DNA of 64,000 nucleotides from assembly GCA_965277805.1 (NCBI GenBank), contig OZ255842.1, positions 128,001 to 192,000 of the forward strand, in the 5' to 3' direction. Numbering within the stretch: the stretch's first letter is position 1; every line of letters starts with the position of its first letter. The notes below the pieces were generated by a model, which did not search any database, was not told the DNA's origin, and was given only the letters and a program-made list of their open reading frames with translations. Below are positions 55,311 to 64,000 of the stretch, piece by piece. Both the position numbers and the translations under genes were made by a program. Source of the DNA: Candidatus Lustribacter sp. (GTDB lineage: Bacteria; Vulcanimicrobiota; Vulcanimicrobiia; Vulcanimicrobiales; Vulcanimicrobiaceae).

Positions 55311-55733
55311 CTATCGAGCGTACGCCCGGCGATCGTCTTCGGCTAGGATATCTAAAACGAGTCTGAGGTCCGGGTGATCTTTCAGCCACGGATAGATTTC
55401 GTGCACTTGCGGAAGATTGCGATCGCCGCGCGGCTCGCGGTCCTTGACCCAGGCGTTCCACTCGTCGATCGTCGTTTGGCTAACGCGCTGCCGCACGAAT
55501 GCGACGACGTCGGCCTCGCTCGAAGCCGCACCGACTGCGGCAATGAAGTCATCGTCCGGGATGCCGAAGCGCTCGAGCATCCCGCCGGTGACGCCCGGGA
55601 CGTTGTAACCGTTACGGTTGCCGCCCTCAAGGTACGCCCGGGCTTTATCGATCGAGCGCGGCAAAAAGATAATGCCGTCGAGCTCGGCGCGGGGCGCGCG
55701 CGGCGGTTGTTTGGAAAGATCAAGCGGTTCCAT
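55311..55733 (-). CDS. DUF5069-like protein
   Basis: LDLSKQPPRAPR..LDG..FLPRSIDKARA. Confidence 0.75.
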   Translation of the reverse strand: MEPLDLSKQPPRAPRAELDGIIFLPRSIDKARAYLEGGNRNGYNVPGVTGGMLERFGIPDDDFIAAVGAASSEADVVAFVRQRVSQTTIDEWNAWVKDREPRGDRNLPQVHEIYPWLKDHPDLRLVLDILAEDDRRAYAR

Positions 55734-55834
55734 GCCGCGCAGATTATGCATCCGAAGCGTGATCCCCGCATTGAGTTCCTGAGGTGGGGTGCCGGCCGCT
55801 TTGGCGCGAAGCGTCCTCTCAGCGGAGGCAGTCC

Positions 55835-56953
55835 ATGAACATGATGCATCCCGAGGTCCAGGTTCCCGAAGCCCGGACCCTCGCCGCCCTCAAAGATCCT
55901 GATGCCGCGACCCGTGCCGCATTGGATGCCCTGCCGGGCTTGATCTCGGCCGACTCGCACGTAATGGAGCCGCACTCGCTCTGGGAGCAAGTCGCCGCCC
56001 GGTACCGCGACACCGTTCACGAGTGGCTTGACGGCGTCGGGTTCCGTGCGCACATCCTGCCCGCCGGAGCGAGCGATCCGCATGCCCGGCTGCTCGATCA
56101 GAAACGCGACGGCGTGATTGCCGAGGTGCTGTTTCCGAACGACGGGATGACGATTTTCGGGCTGCCCGATGGACAGGCGCAGCACGCGGCGTTTGTTGCC
56201 TACAACGATTGGCTGGCCGGGTTTTGCGCCACTGCTCCGCACAATCTGTTCGGCGTCGCTGCGCTTTCCGTTTACGACACCGATGCCGCCGTTAAGGAGA
56301 TGTACCGGGGCATCGAGCTAGGTTTGATCGGTGCGATGGTGTGGCAAGTGCCGGATCCGAAGTTGCCGTTTACATCGAGCCACTACGATCCCCTGTGGGC
56401 GGCGGCGGCCGAAGCCGGCGTGCCGATCCACATGCACATTCTCACCGGTCACTCCTACGCGCTGACGCAGAAGAAGGTGGTCGGCTACGAGAAAATCCGC
56501 GGGTCCGTTAACAAGAAGCAAAACGACACGATCAACGCGCTTTTCGACGTGATCTTCTCGGGCGTTTTTGAACGCTATCCGAAACTGCGTATCGTCTTGG
56601 CGGAAAGCGAGTGCGGCTGGCTGCCGTTCGTGTTGCAGCAATGGGATTACTATTACGAGCGCTTCCGCCAAAAAGAGTCTCTCGGCATCGAGCGCTTACC
56701 TAGCGAAATCTTCAACGAACACGTGTACTGCACGTGGCTCGAAGACCGGTCCGGCACGCGGCAGTTCTCGTGGTGGGGACAAGACAATCTGATGTGGTCG
56801 AATGACTACCCGCACTTCAATATGACGTTCCCCTATTCACGCGAAAACGTCTACCATCACATCGGCGCGTTGCCGAAGGACGTTCAAACCAAACTCATTC
56901 GCGGCAATGCCATCCGTCTTTATGGCTTGGCCTCCCGGCTCGAGGAGAATTAA
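55835..56953 (+). CDS. Amidohydrolase_2 family protein
   Basis: ISADSHVMEP, YNDWL, YDPLWAA, GVFERYP.L, WSNDYPH; GGAGG RBS. Confidence 0.9.
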   Translation: MNMMHPEVQVPEARTLAALKDPDAATRAALDALPGLISADSHVMEPHSLWEQVAARYRDTVHEWLDGVGFRAHILPAGASDPHARLLDQKRDGVIAEVLFPNDGMTIFGLPDGQAQHAAFVAYNDWLAGFCATAPHNLFGVAALSVYDTDAAVKEMYRGIELGLIGAMVWQVPDPKLPFTSSHYDPLWAAAAEAGVPIHMHILTGHSYALTQKKVVGYEKIRGSVNKKQNDTINALFDVIFSGVFERYPKLRIVLAESECGWLPFVLQQWDYYYERFRQKESLGIERLPSEIFNEHVYCTWLEDRSGTRQFSWWGQDNLMWSNDYPHFNMTFPYSRENVYHHIGALPKDVQTKLIRGNAIRLYGLASRLEEN

Positions 56954-56954
56954 T

Positions 56955-57410
56955 ATGACCACCGAGACCCAAGTAAAACCTGAAGCGCAGTTCTTTTCAC
57001 TCGAGGCGCCGCTGCTGGCGGAAGGGCGTTCCGACACGACCGTTGCGCGAACCGACCTGCTACGGTTGCGGCTCAAAGTCTACGCATCCGGCGGCGAGAA
57101 CGTCCTTCATCTGCATCCGAAAGAAGACCACTCGTTCGTCATCTTGCAGGGTGAGGCCACGTTCCACATCGGCACCGAAGACACGATCAAGGTGCTCACG
57201 AAATACGAGGGCGTGATGCTGCCGCGCGGTACTCCATATTGGTTCCAAAGCAGCGCACCGGAAAATCTCGTGATGCTGCGCGCGGGTGCCGCCGAGGAAT
57301 GGCCGGAGGACGGCCGCATCGGACCCGATGGGCATCCAATCCCAGGGCACTCGCTTGAGAACAAGCACGGGAAGACGGTTACGATTCCCGGCAAGTTCTT
57401 CGGCCCTTGA
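56955..57410 (+). CDS. Monocupin protein
   Basis: GGENVLHLHPKEDHSF.ILQG; GAGGAG RBS. Confidence 0.85.
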   Translation: MTTETQVKPEAQFFSLEAPLLAEGRSDTTVARTDLLRLRLKVYASGGENVLHLHPKEDHSFVILQGEATFHIGTEDTIKVLTKYEGVMLPRGTPYWFQSSAPENLVMLRAGAAEEWPEDGRIGPDGHPIPGHSLENKHGKTVTIPGKFFGP

Positions 57411-58369
57411 TCCGCCGAGGACGTCTGCTCGCTGCGGCGGCGGGAGCTGCCGCGGTTGCGCTGGCGCCGCGCCGCGGGTTCACGCAGACGTTGACTCCGC
57501 TGCGCGTAACGGCGGTACCGAACGATGACGTGTCCCCGTTTCTCTACGCGCAGCAGAGCGGTCTCTTCAAGCGGGCCGGTTTGGATGTTTCGATCGTGCA
57601 GGCGACGTCCGGTGCGGCGATTGCCGCGGCCGTCGTCAGCGGGTCCTACGACGTCGGCCTCATCAGCATGATGGCGACGATTACCGGGCACGTCCGCGGT
57701 TTGCCGTTCATCATGATCGCGCCATCGTTGATGTATCTCTCCTCGGATCCGGCGCAATTACTGCTGGTGCCGAAGGACTCGCCGATCAAAAGCGCGCGCG
57801 ACTTGGCGGGCAAGATCGTCTCGTGCTCGTCAATTCGCGATGTCAGCTGGATTGCAACCCGCGCATGGGCCGATCAGAACGGCGTTGACTCGGAGACGAT
57901 CAAGTTCGTCGAGCTGCCGATGAGCGCCGTTCCGGCAGCGCTCGAGCAGAAACGCATTGACGCGGGCAGCATCGTCAACCCGACCCTGGACCAAGCGCTC
58001 GCGACCGGGCATTTTCGTTCAATCGGCCAGCCGTTCGACGCAGTCGGAAAGCGCTGGATGATTGCGGCCTGGTGCTCGACGACGGACTTCGTCACCAAGA
58101 ACCGCGATGCGATCGACCGGTTCGCCACAGTGATGCACACGGCTACTGTCTATGCAAATACCCACCACGCCGAGACGGCACCGCTCCTCGCCGCGTTTAC
58201 CGGAATCGAAACGGCACAAGTGCTAGCGATGAAGCGCGACACCTGCGGCGAGTACCTCGACCCCCGCGACATCCAGCCGGCAATCGACGGCGCCGCAAAG
58301 TACAAGATCATCGACAAAGGCTTCCCCGCCCAAGAACTGATCAGTCCCTACGCCCTTAAACCGCGCTAG
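57407..58369 (+). CDS. SsuA/THI5-like ABC substrate-binding protein
   Basis: RRGRLL signal; paralog of 36688-37668 (both end QELISPYALKP). Confidence 0.87.
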   Translation: MIRRGRLLAAAAGAAAVALAPRRGFTQTLTPLRVTAVPNDDVSPFLYAQQSGLFKRAGLDVSIVQATSGAAIAAAVVSGSYDVGLISMMATITGHVRGLPFIMIAPSLMYLSSDPAQLLLVPKDSPIKSARDLAGKIVSCSSIRDVSWIATRAWADQNGVDSETIKFVELPMSAVPAALEQKRIDAGSIVNPTLDQALATGHFRSIGQPFDAVGKRWMIAAWCSTTDFVTKNRDAIDRFATVMHTATVYANTHHAETAPLLAAFTGIETAQVLAMKRDTCGEYLDPRDIQPAIDGAAKYKIIDKGFPAQELISPYALKPR

Positions 58370-59466
58370 CTCAGAGTGAGCTTGAGGTCGCTGAAGCGCG
58401 GCATAACTTCGTTGGCAAACAGTTCGGCTGAATCTGCAGCGATCTGACGGGTTTCGCCCTTCCATTCGCCGAGGAAGCGCACGTGGAGATGATTGATCCC
58501 AATCTCCGCGAGCTGTTGCACCTTTGCGGCCACTGTTTCAGGGCTACCGGCGACGGTGTCGGTCATGTCACCGCCTGCCGCATACGCACCGGCAGACGAT
58601 TTACCGGGTGTCGCCTTTGCCACCGGACCCTCAAGTAGCCCGTAGCGTTCGATGTAGCGCCGCCGTATCGCCATCTGCTCCGCTTTCGCGATCGCTTCGC
58701 GCTCCTTCGCTTCCTCGTCGGTCCGTGCAACGACGGTGCTCAACCAGTCGAAAGAGCACCAGCGCAGGCATTTTTCTACGACGTCAGGCGGATGTTTTGC
58801 TTCGTCGAGGGCTTGGCGGTAGATCCGCATCTGTTCGCGCGCATCGCTGCCGAAGATTCCGAAGAACGCCGGCCAGCCCATTTGCGCAGCGCGAATGAGT
58901 CCCGACTCGCGGCTGGCGGTCCGAATGATGATCGGGTGTGGCTTGGTGAACGGCGCGGGCATGACGCGCCGCGTGATCCGGCCGCTATTCGATCCGACGG
59001 AAAATGCGTACTCCGGATCGCCGTCCCGATACGTCCAAAGCCGCTGCATGACGTCGAGCGTTTCTTCGGCTGCCCGCCCTGAACCATGATACGCGGCATC
59101 GACGCCGAGGCTCGTTGGCTCGACGCCTGGCCAACCGCTACCAACTCCAAAGAGCACACGGCCCTGCGTAAGGTGGTCGAGCAAGTTCATGCTTTCGACT
59201 AGCCGCAGCGGGTGATAGAACGGGATCGACAGCACGCCGAAGCCGATGTAGCGATCGGGCGGGAGCTGCGGCGCGACATAGGCCGCGAATTGCAACGTGT
59301 TACTATGCCACGGACCACGGAAATGATGATCCGTAAACCAGACGTTGTAGCCAAGCTCGGCGAGCCAAATGGACTGCTCGACCGTCATCTCGATGACTCG
59401 GTGATCCTCTTCCGGATCGTCGTAGTCCGGGAAGAACATGTTCATGGTCATGGCGGAGAACTGCAT
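58366..59466 (-). CDS. Luciferase-like (LLM) flavin-dependent oxidoreductase
   Basis: WFTDHHF, HPLRLVE...LDHLTQGR..FGVGSG, PAPFTKPHP, GSPETV, LFANEVMPRF. Confidence 0.92.
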   Translation of the reverse strand: MQFSAMTMNMFFPDYDDPEEDHRVIEMTVEQSIWLAELGYNVWFTDHHFRGPWHSNTLQFAAYVAPQLPPDRYIGFGVLSIPFYHPLRLVESMNLLDHLTQGRVLFGVGSGWPGVEPTSLGVDAAYHGSGRAAEETLDVMQRLWTYRDGDPEYAFSVGSNSGRITRRVMPAPFTKPHPIIIRTASRESGLIRAAQMGWPAFFGIFGSDAREQMRIYRQALDEAKHPPDVVEKCLRWCSFDWLSTVVARTDEEAKEREAIAKAEQMAIRRRYIERYGLLEGPVAKATPGKSSAGAYAAGGDMTDTVAGSPETVAAKVQQLAEIGINHLHVRFLGEWKGETRQIAADSAELFANEVMPRFSDLKLTLS

Positions 59467-59550
59467 TCCAGTACCCTAGTTCGCCGTGAACGGAGTACGC
59501 GCATGCCGGGGATGCTTCCGAACGTGATACTCTGTACGCATGGAGATGCG

Positions 59551-60111
59551 TTGAGCAACCAGGGGAAGCCGCCGCCGGATTTCGCGATGGTCCGCGCCGT
59601 CGAGATCCTGGCCCAGATCGCAGAAAAGCAGCTGAAATCAGCGCACGTGCTGCCGCCGCCGATCGATGTCCCGATCATTCTGTTCAACGAACACCTGATG
59701 TTCGTGATTGGAAAGACGCAGCGCTCAGCAGTGGTCGCGGAACTGGGTCCCGGCTACGCCTTCCCGACGAAAGGTTGGGAGACGTACGCGATGCACGAGG
59801 GCAGCACGCGCTGCCTCCTAAGCGCGTTATACAGCAACGACGTGTTGGTGGGCGCAGACTACTATGTTGCGCCGGCAAATCGTGTCCCGGAATTGCGCGT
59901 GCGTAACTTCGGTGAGTTTCGCTTCGTGCCTGGACAGATCATGATCGGGAGCGACATGCTAGCGTTGGATGAACGCTTTGTTGCGGTCGCCGAGGGCCCC
60001 GATGCGCGAACTTATTCGCATGCCTTCGAGGTGCGCTTCTCGGGCGGGATTGCATTCGTCCAAGGTACCGGCGGCCGCGTGCAGCGGCTCGTTCTCTACG
60101 CGGTCAGCTAG
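59551..60111 (+). CDS. Hypothetical protein
   Basis: GGAG upstream of TTG 59551; globular composition; start uncertain. Confidence 0.6.
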   Translation: MSNQGKPPPDFAMVRAVEILAQIAEKQLKSAHVLPPPIDVPIILFNEHLMFVIGKTQRSAVVAELGPGYAFPTKGWETYAMHEGSTRCLLSALYSNDVLVGADYYVAPANRVPELRVRNFGEFRFVPGQIMIGSDMLALDERFVAVAEGPDARTYSHAFEVRFSGGIAFVQGTGGRVQRLVLYAVS

Positions 60112-60330
60112 GCGCGCAGTAGGCTGAGAGCGTACTCTTCACGCATCGTTGCGTTCAAGCGGTCGACGAGGTCGGTGATCGTAAGCAGCCGGTAATGTTC
60201 GAATCTGCGACGCACGAGGCGCGTACTGAAGAGCCTTGCCCACCTCGTGGGCGCGGCTCAAATCGAGGTCGTCACTGAACGTGACCCGCACGACGTCATC
60301 CAGCGACTCGACAGTAAAAGCCAGGGGCAT
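60108..60330 (-). pseudogene. STAS (anti-sigma antagonist) remnant
   Basis: N-terminal VVRVTFSDDLDL in one frame, C-terminal RLLTITDLVDRL in another; central DxSG motif absent. Confidence 0.5.
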
Positions 60331-60363
60331 ACCTTATGCTAATCGTCCCGTACCGTTAAATAA

Positions 60364-61176
60364 TTAGGGCAATGCTTGGCACGGCAGCGGGTTGATTAAT
60401 TTGCAAAACGACTCATGCAGCGAAGCGGTCAGACCTAAGCCGAAACTGGAGGCAGCTTTATCTAGTGTAATTCCAGTATTTACGTTCGGAATCGTTGCGG
60501 CCGCGGCGCCGCCCAGTACTGCTGTTCCGAGAGCGATGGATTTTGGCACGTTGCTCGGGTTGACGGTCCAATAGGTAGCGAGCCCCGCTTCCGGATATAG
60601 CGTGGCACCATTTAGATTGCCGAAACCATTGACATCGATGGGCTTTGCGATGATCGTCGCGACGGCGGTGGGACCCTTGTCCATTGGATTCGCGATGGGT
60701 GTGCACGACCAGACTTCTGCTGAGGCGTGAACTTTGGACCAACCACGCTGCAACACGAAGTAATTCTCGGTACCACTTACACCGAGGACTGCCTCAAAGA
60801 CGACAGCTCCAATAAAGCCGTTATCGAAATTTGCTTTGGTGCATTGGGTTTGCAGATCGTTTACGCTCCACTCCGCTCGTGGAATTACCCAAACCTCCTT
60901 AGACGCATTTTGCAATGCCGCAGCGGCTACAGTGAGTACTCGAGTCGTGGTGTCAGAGGCAGGTTGCCCGATAACGTAAACGATTTTATGACCGGTGGCG
61001 GATGGAAGCGCCCCCAGAAGCAAAGTGGAAAGCAACAGGTCATGCACTACTTCTGGGGCGTGTGTTGCCTGCGGCGATGGAGCAGCAGTAGGCAGTGCCC
61101 GATTTGGCGTCGGCGCAGATTGTGCGTAAGCAGCGCCATAATTACTTAGCGAAAATAGAAATACCGAGAAGCACAT
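60364..61176 (-). CDS. Orphan, probably secreted protein in a lower-GC segment
   Basis: Long ORF with many AT-ending codons, signal-like AYA-Q site, Pro/Ala linker, several Cys; start uncertain (ORF extends to 61314). Confidence 0.55.
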   Translation of the reverse strand: MCFSVFLFSLSNYGAAYAQSAPTPNRALPTAAPSPQATHAPEVVHDLLLSTLLLGALPSATGHKIVYVIGQPASDTTTRVLTVAAAALQNASKEVWVIPRAEWSVNDLQTQCTKANFDNGFIGAVVFEAVLGVSGTENYFVLQRGWSKVHASAEVWSCTPIANPMDKGPTAVATIIAKPIDVNGFGNLNGATLYPEAGLATYWTVNPSNVPKSIALGTAVLGGAAAATIPNVNTGITLDKAASSFGLGLTASLHESFCKLINPLPCQALP

Positions 61177-61433
61177 AAATGCTGGCCTAAGCCGCGCCAA
61201 AACATCAGCCTTTACGCACCGCGGATCGCGTGATTGCCGCTTGCGAATTCGGGAATGCCCAACTTGAGAGCAGTTATACGAAAACGTCGGCTTCCGATAG
61301 AACCTAACACCCATAGTTCACCCTCCACTGAAACGCCTAAAGTAGAGGCGGTATTATTGCAGGCAATGGGTCGCTTGCCCTGCTGCTCCGTCGCGTCTTA
61401 AACCTCTTTCGGCGATTGCGGACGCCGGTATCC

Positions 61434-62504
61434 TTAGTCGAACGGCTGACCCGGAAAGATGTTGTCGACGGTAATCGTTCGCGTTCCGTCCTCGTCGCGT
61501 ACAACGAACTTTCCGCCGGAGTAGAACGAGGCACCCGACACCTCGCCCGTCTTGCTCAGGACGTAAAACGTGAGTCCAAAACGCGGCGTTCCACGAGCAT
61601 TGATGAGTCGCTTGTCGGTCGTAACTGCTCGGACGCGGCGCAAAGCGTCGATTGCCGCGTCTTTGGGCGAGCGACCCGCGCGCATGCGTTCGATGATATA
61701 CAGCGACGAACTTGTGTAGAGGTTAGATTCGCCGCGGCCGGTTGAGCCGACGGCGCCGATCTCGTTGTCGACGTAGAGCCCGGCGCCCAAGATTGCGGCG
61801 TCGCCGGTGCGGCCGGGAATCTTCCATGCCAGCCCGCTCGATGAGTTCACGGCGCAGATATCCCCAGCCGCGTTGATCCCCGCGGCGACGATCGTTCCCC
61901 AATAGTGCTGGATGTCGACCAAGCCGTCGTGGATCATTGACTCGGCGGCAGAGCTGATGCGGTCGCGTTTCGTCGGGTCGAGGTAATGATCGGGGTCAGT
62001 GCGGCGCTTCCACTCGAGCCACAGCGCGCGCGAGTGTGCGGTGTTGATGTCGGCTTCGATCGGGAAGCCCATCGTGCGCGCAAACTCGCGCGCTCCCGTG
62101 CCGGTGAGCAAATGGTTGTCGGTTCGCTCCATCACGGCTTTCGAGATGAGCGACGCCGTCTTCACGCCTTCCAACGCTCCGACGCCGCCGGCCCAGCGCT
62201 TGGGGCCGTGCATGCAGCACGAGTCGAGCTGGACGACACCCTCGGCGTTCGGCAGTCCGCCGTAGCCGACGCTGTCATCGAGCGGGTCGAGTTCGTTGAT
62301 GTTCACGCCCGCGATCAGCGCATCGAGCACGTCCTCACCGTGGGTTATTCCGTCGAAGGCTCGCTCAATGCACGTCTGCGGCCCCCCGTTCTTGAACTGG
62401 TTGCCGTTAGATGTCGTAAGGACGATCGGTTTCACCGGCCGCCCCAGGAGGATGGCGGGCGCGGCGCTGCCGACGCCGAGAAATTCCGTTCGGTTGAGCG
62501 TCAT
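61434..62504 (-). CDS. Glycosylasparaginase / isoaspartyl peptidase (Ntn hydrolase)
   Basis: SVGYGGLPN.EG.VQLD, GTI nucleophile Thr, KIPGRTGD, TGRGE. Confidence 0.9.
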   Translation of the reverse strand: MTLNRTEFLGVGSAAPAILLGRPVKPIVLTTSNGNQFKNGGPQTCIERAFDGITHGEDVLDALIAGVNINELDPLDDSVGYGGLPNAEGVVQLDSCCMHGPKRWAGGVGALEGVKTASLISKAVMERTDNHLLTGTGAREFARTMGFPIEADINTAHSRALWLEWKRRTDPDHYLDPTKRDRISSAAESMIHDGLVDIQHYWGTIVAAGINAAGDICAVNSSSGLAWKIPGRTGDAAILGAGLYVDNEIGAVGSTGRGESNLYTSSSLYIIERMRAGRSPKDAAIDALRRVRAVTTDKRLINARGTPRFGLTFYVLSKTGEVSGASFYSGGKFVVRDEDGTRTITVDNIFPGQPFD

Positions 62505-62595
62505 CTTGCGGCTCAGTTTCGCTGTCCGCTTCCGAGAGCATGTTATTCGGGAAAGCTCATCATCATAAGAACGAACGAGTCTTCAGGAGACAGCT

Positions 62596-62958
62596 ATGAC
62601 CTTGAAGAGAGCTACCTCATCCGGTATTGATCCGACCGTCCCTCCGAGCGGAACCGGTTGCGTCGAATGCCTGCAAGACGGCGGCTGGTGGCTGCATCTT
62701 CGGCGATGCGCGCAGTGCGGGCACATCGGTTGCTGCGACAATTCGCCCCAACGGCACGCGACCGCGCACTATCATAAGACGGGCCACCCGGTCATCCGCA
62801 GCTTCGAACCGGGAGAAGACTGGTTCTACGATTACCGGACGCAGGAGTTCATCGACGGTCCCGAACTTGTGCCGCCGTTGGCGCATCCGGCGAGTCACCC
62901 GGTACCCGGCCCGCGCGGACGCGTGCCGCGCGACTGGCGCACAAAGCTTAACCCGTGA
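62596..62958 (+). CDS. UBP-type zinc finger protein
   Basis: CVEC..GGWW.HLRRC..CGHIGCCD.SP..HA..H; AGGAG RBS. Confidence 0.92.
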   Translation: MTLKRATSSGIDPTVPPSGTGCVECLQDGGWWLHLRRCAQCGHIGCCDNSPQRHATAHYHKTGHPVIRSFEPGEDWFYDYRTQEFIDGPELVPPLAHPASHPVPGPRGRVPRDWRTKLNP

Positions 62959-62974
62959 GGACGAGGGTCGTCAG

Positions 62975-63142
62975 TCAGCGATGAAGCGGCTGCCCACCAT
63001 CGGCGTCTTGTTCGCCGTCCAGATCTTCGTCTGATTCGAGGCCCGGATCGTCAGCGTCGCCAAATTGACCCGTTTCCTCATCGGGAACGGGATCTCCGAG
63101 CTTCGGCCGTTCGCCGCCGTGGGAGCCTTCGCTAAATGCCAT
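62975..63142 (-). CDS. Possible small acidic protein
   Basis: Asp/Glu-rich 55-aa ORF filling the gap; no clear RBS. Confidence 0.3.
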   Translation of the reverse strand: MAFSEGSHGGERPKLGDPVPDEETGQFGDADDPGLESDEDLDGEQDADGGQPLHR

Positions 63143-63184
63143 GAGAAAAGAATTCAACCTGAGAAACGTCTGGTCCGCTGGCGC

Positions 63185-63406
63185 CTACTCCCGCTGCGCG
63201 ATCGTGGCCGCATCCAGAACGGCCGTGGGGTTGAGGCGGCAATTGCAACTGCCCCGGAGATCGCCCGCGCAGCTGTAGCCGGAATGCTTCCCGATCCCGT
63301 GCCCGCAACTGCATTTGACGAGCTCTCCGAGCCAGCTGATCGGTGGCTGATGCGGGGAACGGGAGTGGCTCGATGCGCTGTTGCGCATGATGATTACTGC
63401 GCTCAT
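63185..63406 (-). CDS. Small Cys/His-rich putative metal-binding protein
   Basis: CSCGH...H....C.......CNC. Confidence 0.5.
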   Translation of the reverse strand: MSAVIIMRNSASSHSRSPHQPPISWLGELVKCSCGHGIGKHSGYSCAGDLRGSCNCRLNPTAVLDAATIAQRE

Positions 63407-63490
63407 GGACAAACAATAGCACCGGCAAATTCAGCCATAACCGGACGATCTTTCGGAATATTGCTGGGGGCCGGGCGCCGCGCCCGATAA

Positions 63491-64000
63491 CTACGGGCGA
63501 AGGCTCGGGGCTCGCACGAGGCCTAGGTTGTGGCGCACTTCCTCGGCGACGAGCCCTGCGTTTCCCGAGACGATCTGCTTCCACGCGCTGAGCGTGAACC
63601 CGGCGACCGTGTGTTTCGGGATCTGCGCCGGAATGGAGAGCGCGTAGGGATTGACGACCGCATCGACGACCACCGGCCCATCCTTGTGCGCGAGCGCTTC
63701 GCGAAGCGCGTCTTCAACGTCGGCCGGGTCTTCGAGCCGGATCCCCTTCGCGCCCATCGCCTGCGCCACCAGCGCGAAGTTCGGATTATGAAAGTCCGTC
63801 CCGAACGGCACGACGCCGGCTTCCTGTTGTTCGATGCGCACGAAGTCCAACGATCCGTTGTTGAACACGATGACGACGACCGGAAGTTTGCGTTCGACCA
63901 GGGTCAGCATGTCGCCCATACCGAGCATCGTGAAGCCGCCGTCGCCGCTGAGCGCGATCGTTTGGCGTCCGGGTGTTGCCAGTTGGGCGCCCATCGCGTT
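63491..64000 (-). CDS. poxB: Pyruvate oxidase/dehydrogenase (PoxB-like), C-terminal part, truncated by window end
   Basis: SGDGGFTML, VFNNGSL.FV..EQ, TDFHNPNFA, GPVVVD. Confidence 0.85.
   Translation of the reverse strand, partial: NAMGAQLATPGRQTIALSGDGGFTMLGMGDMLTLVERKLPVVVIVFNNGSLDFVRIEQQEAGVVPFGTDFHNPNFALVAQAMGAKGIRLEDPADVEDALREALAHKDGPVVVDAVVNPYALSIPAQIPKHTVAGFTLSAWKQIVSGNAGLVAEEVRHNLGLVRAPSLRP

Noticed and set aside
61318..61330. ccctccac as a duplicated ssrA 3' end (att site)
   Set aside because: Only about 6 matching bases; chance level
61340..61410. AGTAGAGG start resembling a lysine riboswitch
   Set aside because: Too short, no downstream same-strand gene, other conserved elements absent

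Overview
High-GC bacterial chromosome segment with about 60 CDS, one tRNA-Pro(CGG) and a one-piece tmRNA. Gene order and families suggest a Terrabacteria lineage, possibly Ca. Eremiobacterota/Vulcanimicrobiota (inference only). Core blocks are der-plsY-efp-adenylate cyclase, miaB-mutS-mscS / mutL-miaA-hfq-dapF-radical SAM, treS-treY, argG, uvrC-pyrD-surE and a peptide ABC transporter. Accessory blocks are a ThDP lyase-frc pair, a PadR-carotenoid oxygenase unit, an aromatic-catabolism cluster (bicupins, Rieske oxygenase, dehydrogenase, orphan binding proteins) and a related cassette plus orphans downstream of the tmRNA. Most notable observations: (1) a tmRNA with a non-canonical T-arm; (2) a TGTCATCC(C/T)GAGC palindromic repeat family, one copy of which encodes the SurE C-terminus; (3) an uncharacterised radical SAM gene coupled to miaA-hfq-dapF; (4) a harpin-like GDPH protein behind a sigma28-like promoter; (5) a TreS fusion whose maltokinase domain looks inactive; (6) two paralogous permease-less binding-protein cassettes. 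No CRISPR array, integrase or transposase was seen. All calls come from reading motifs by eye; no database searches were run.
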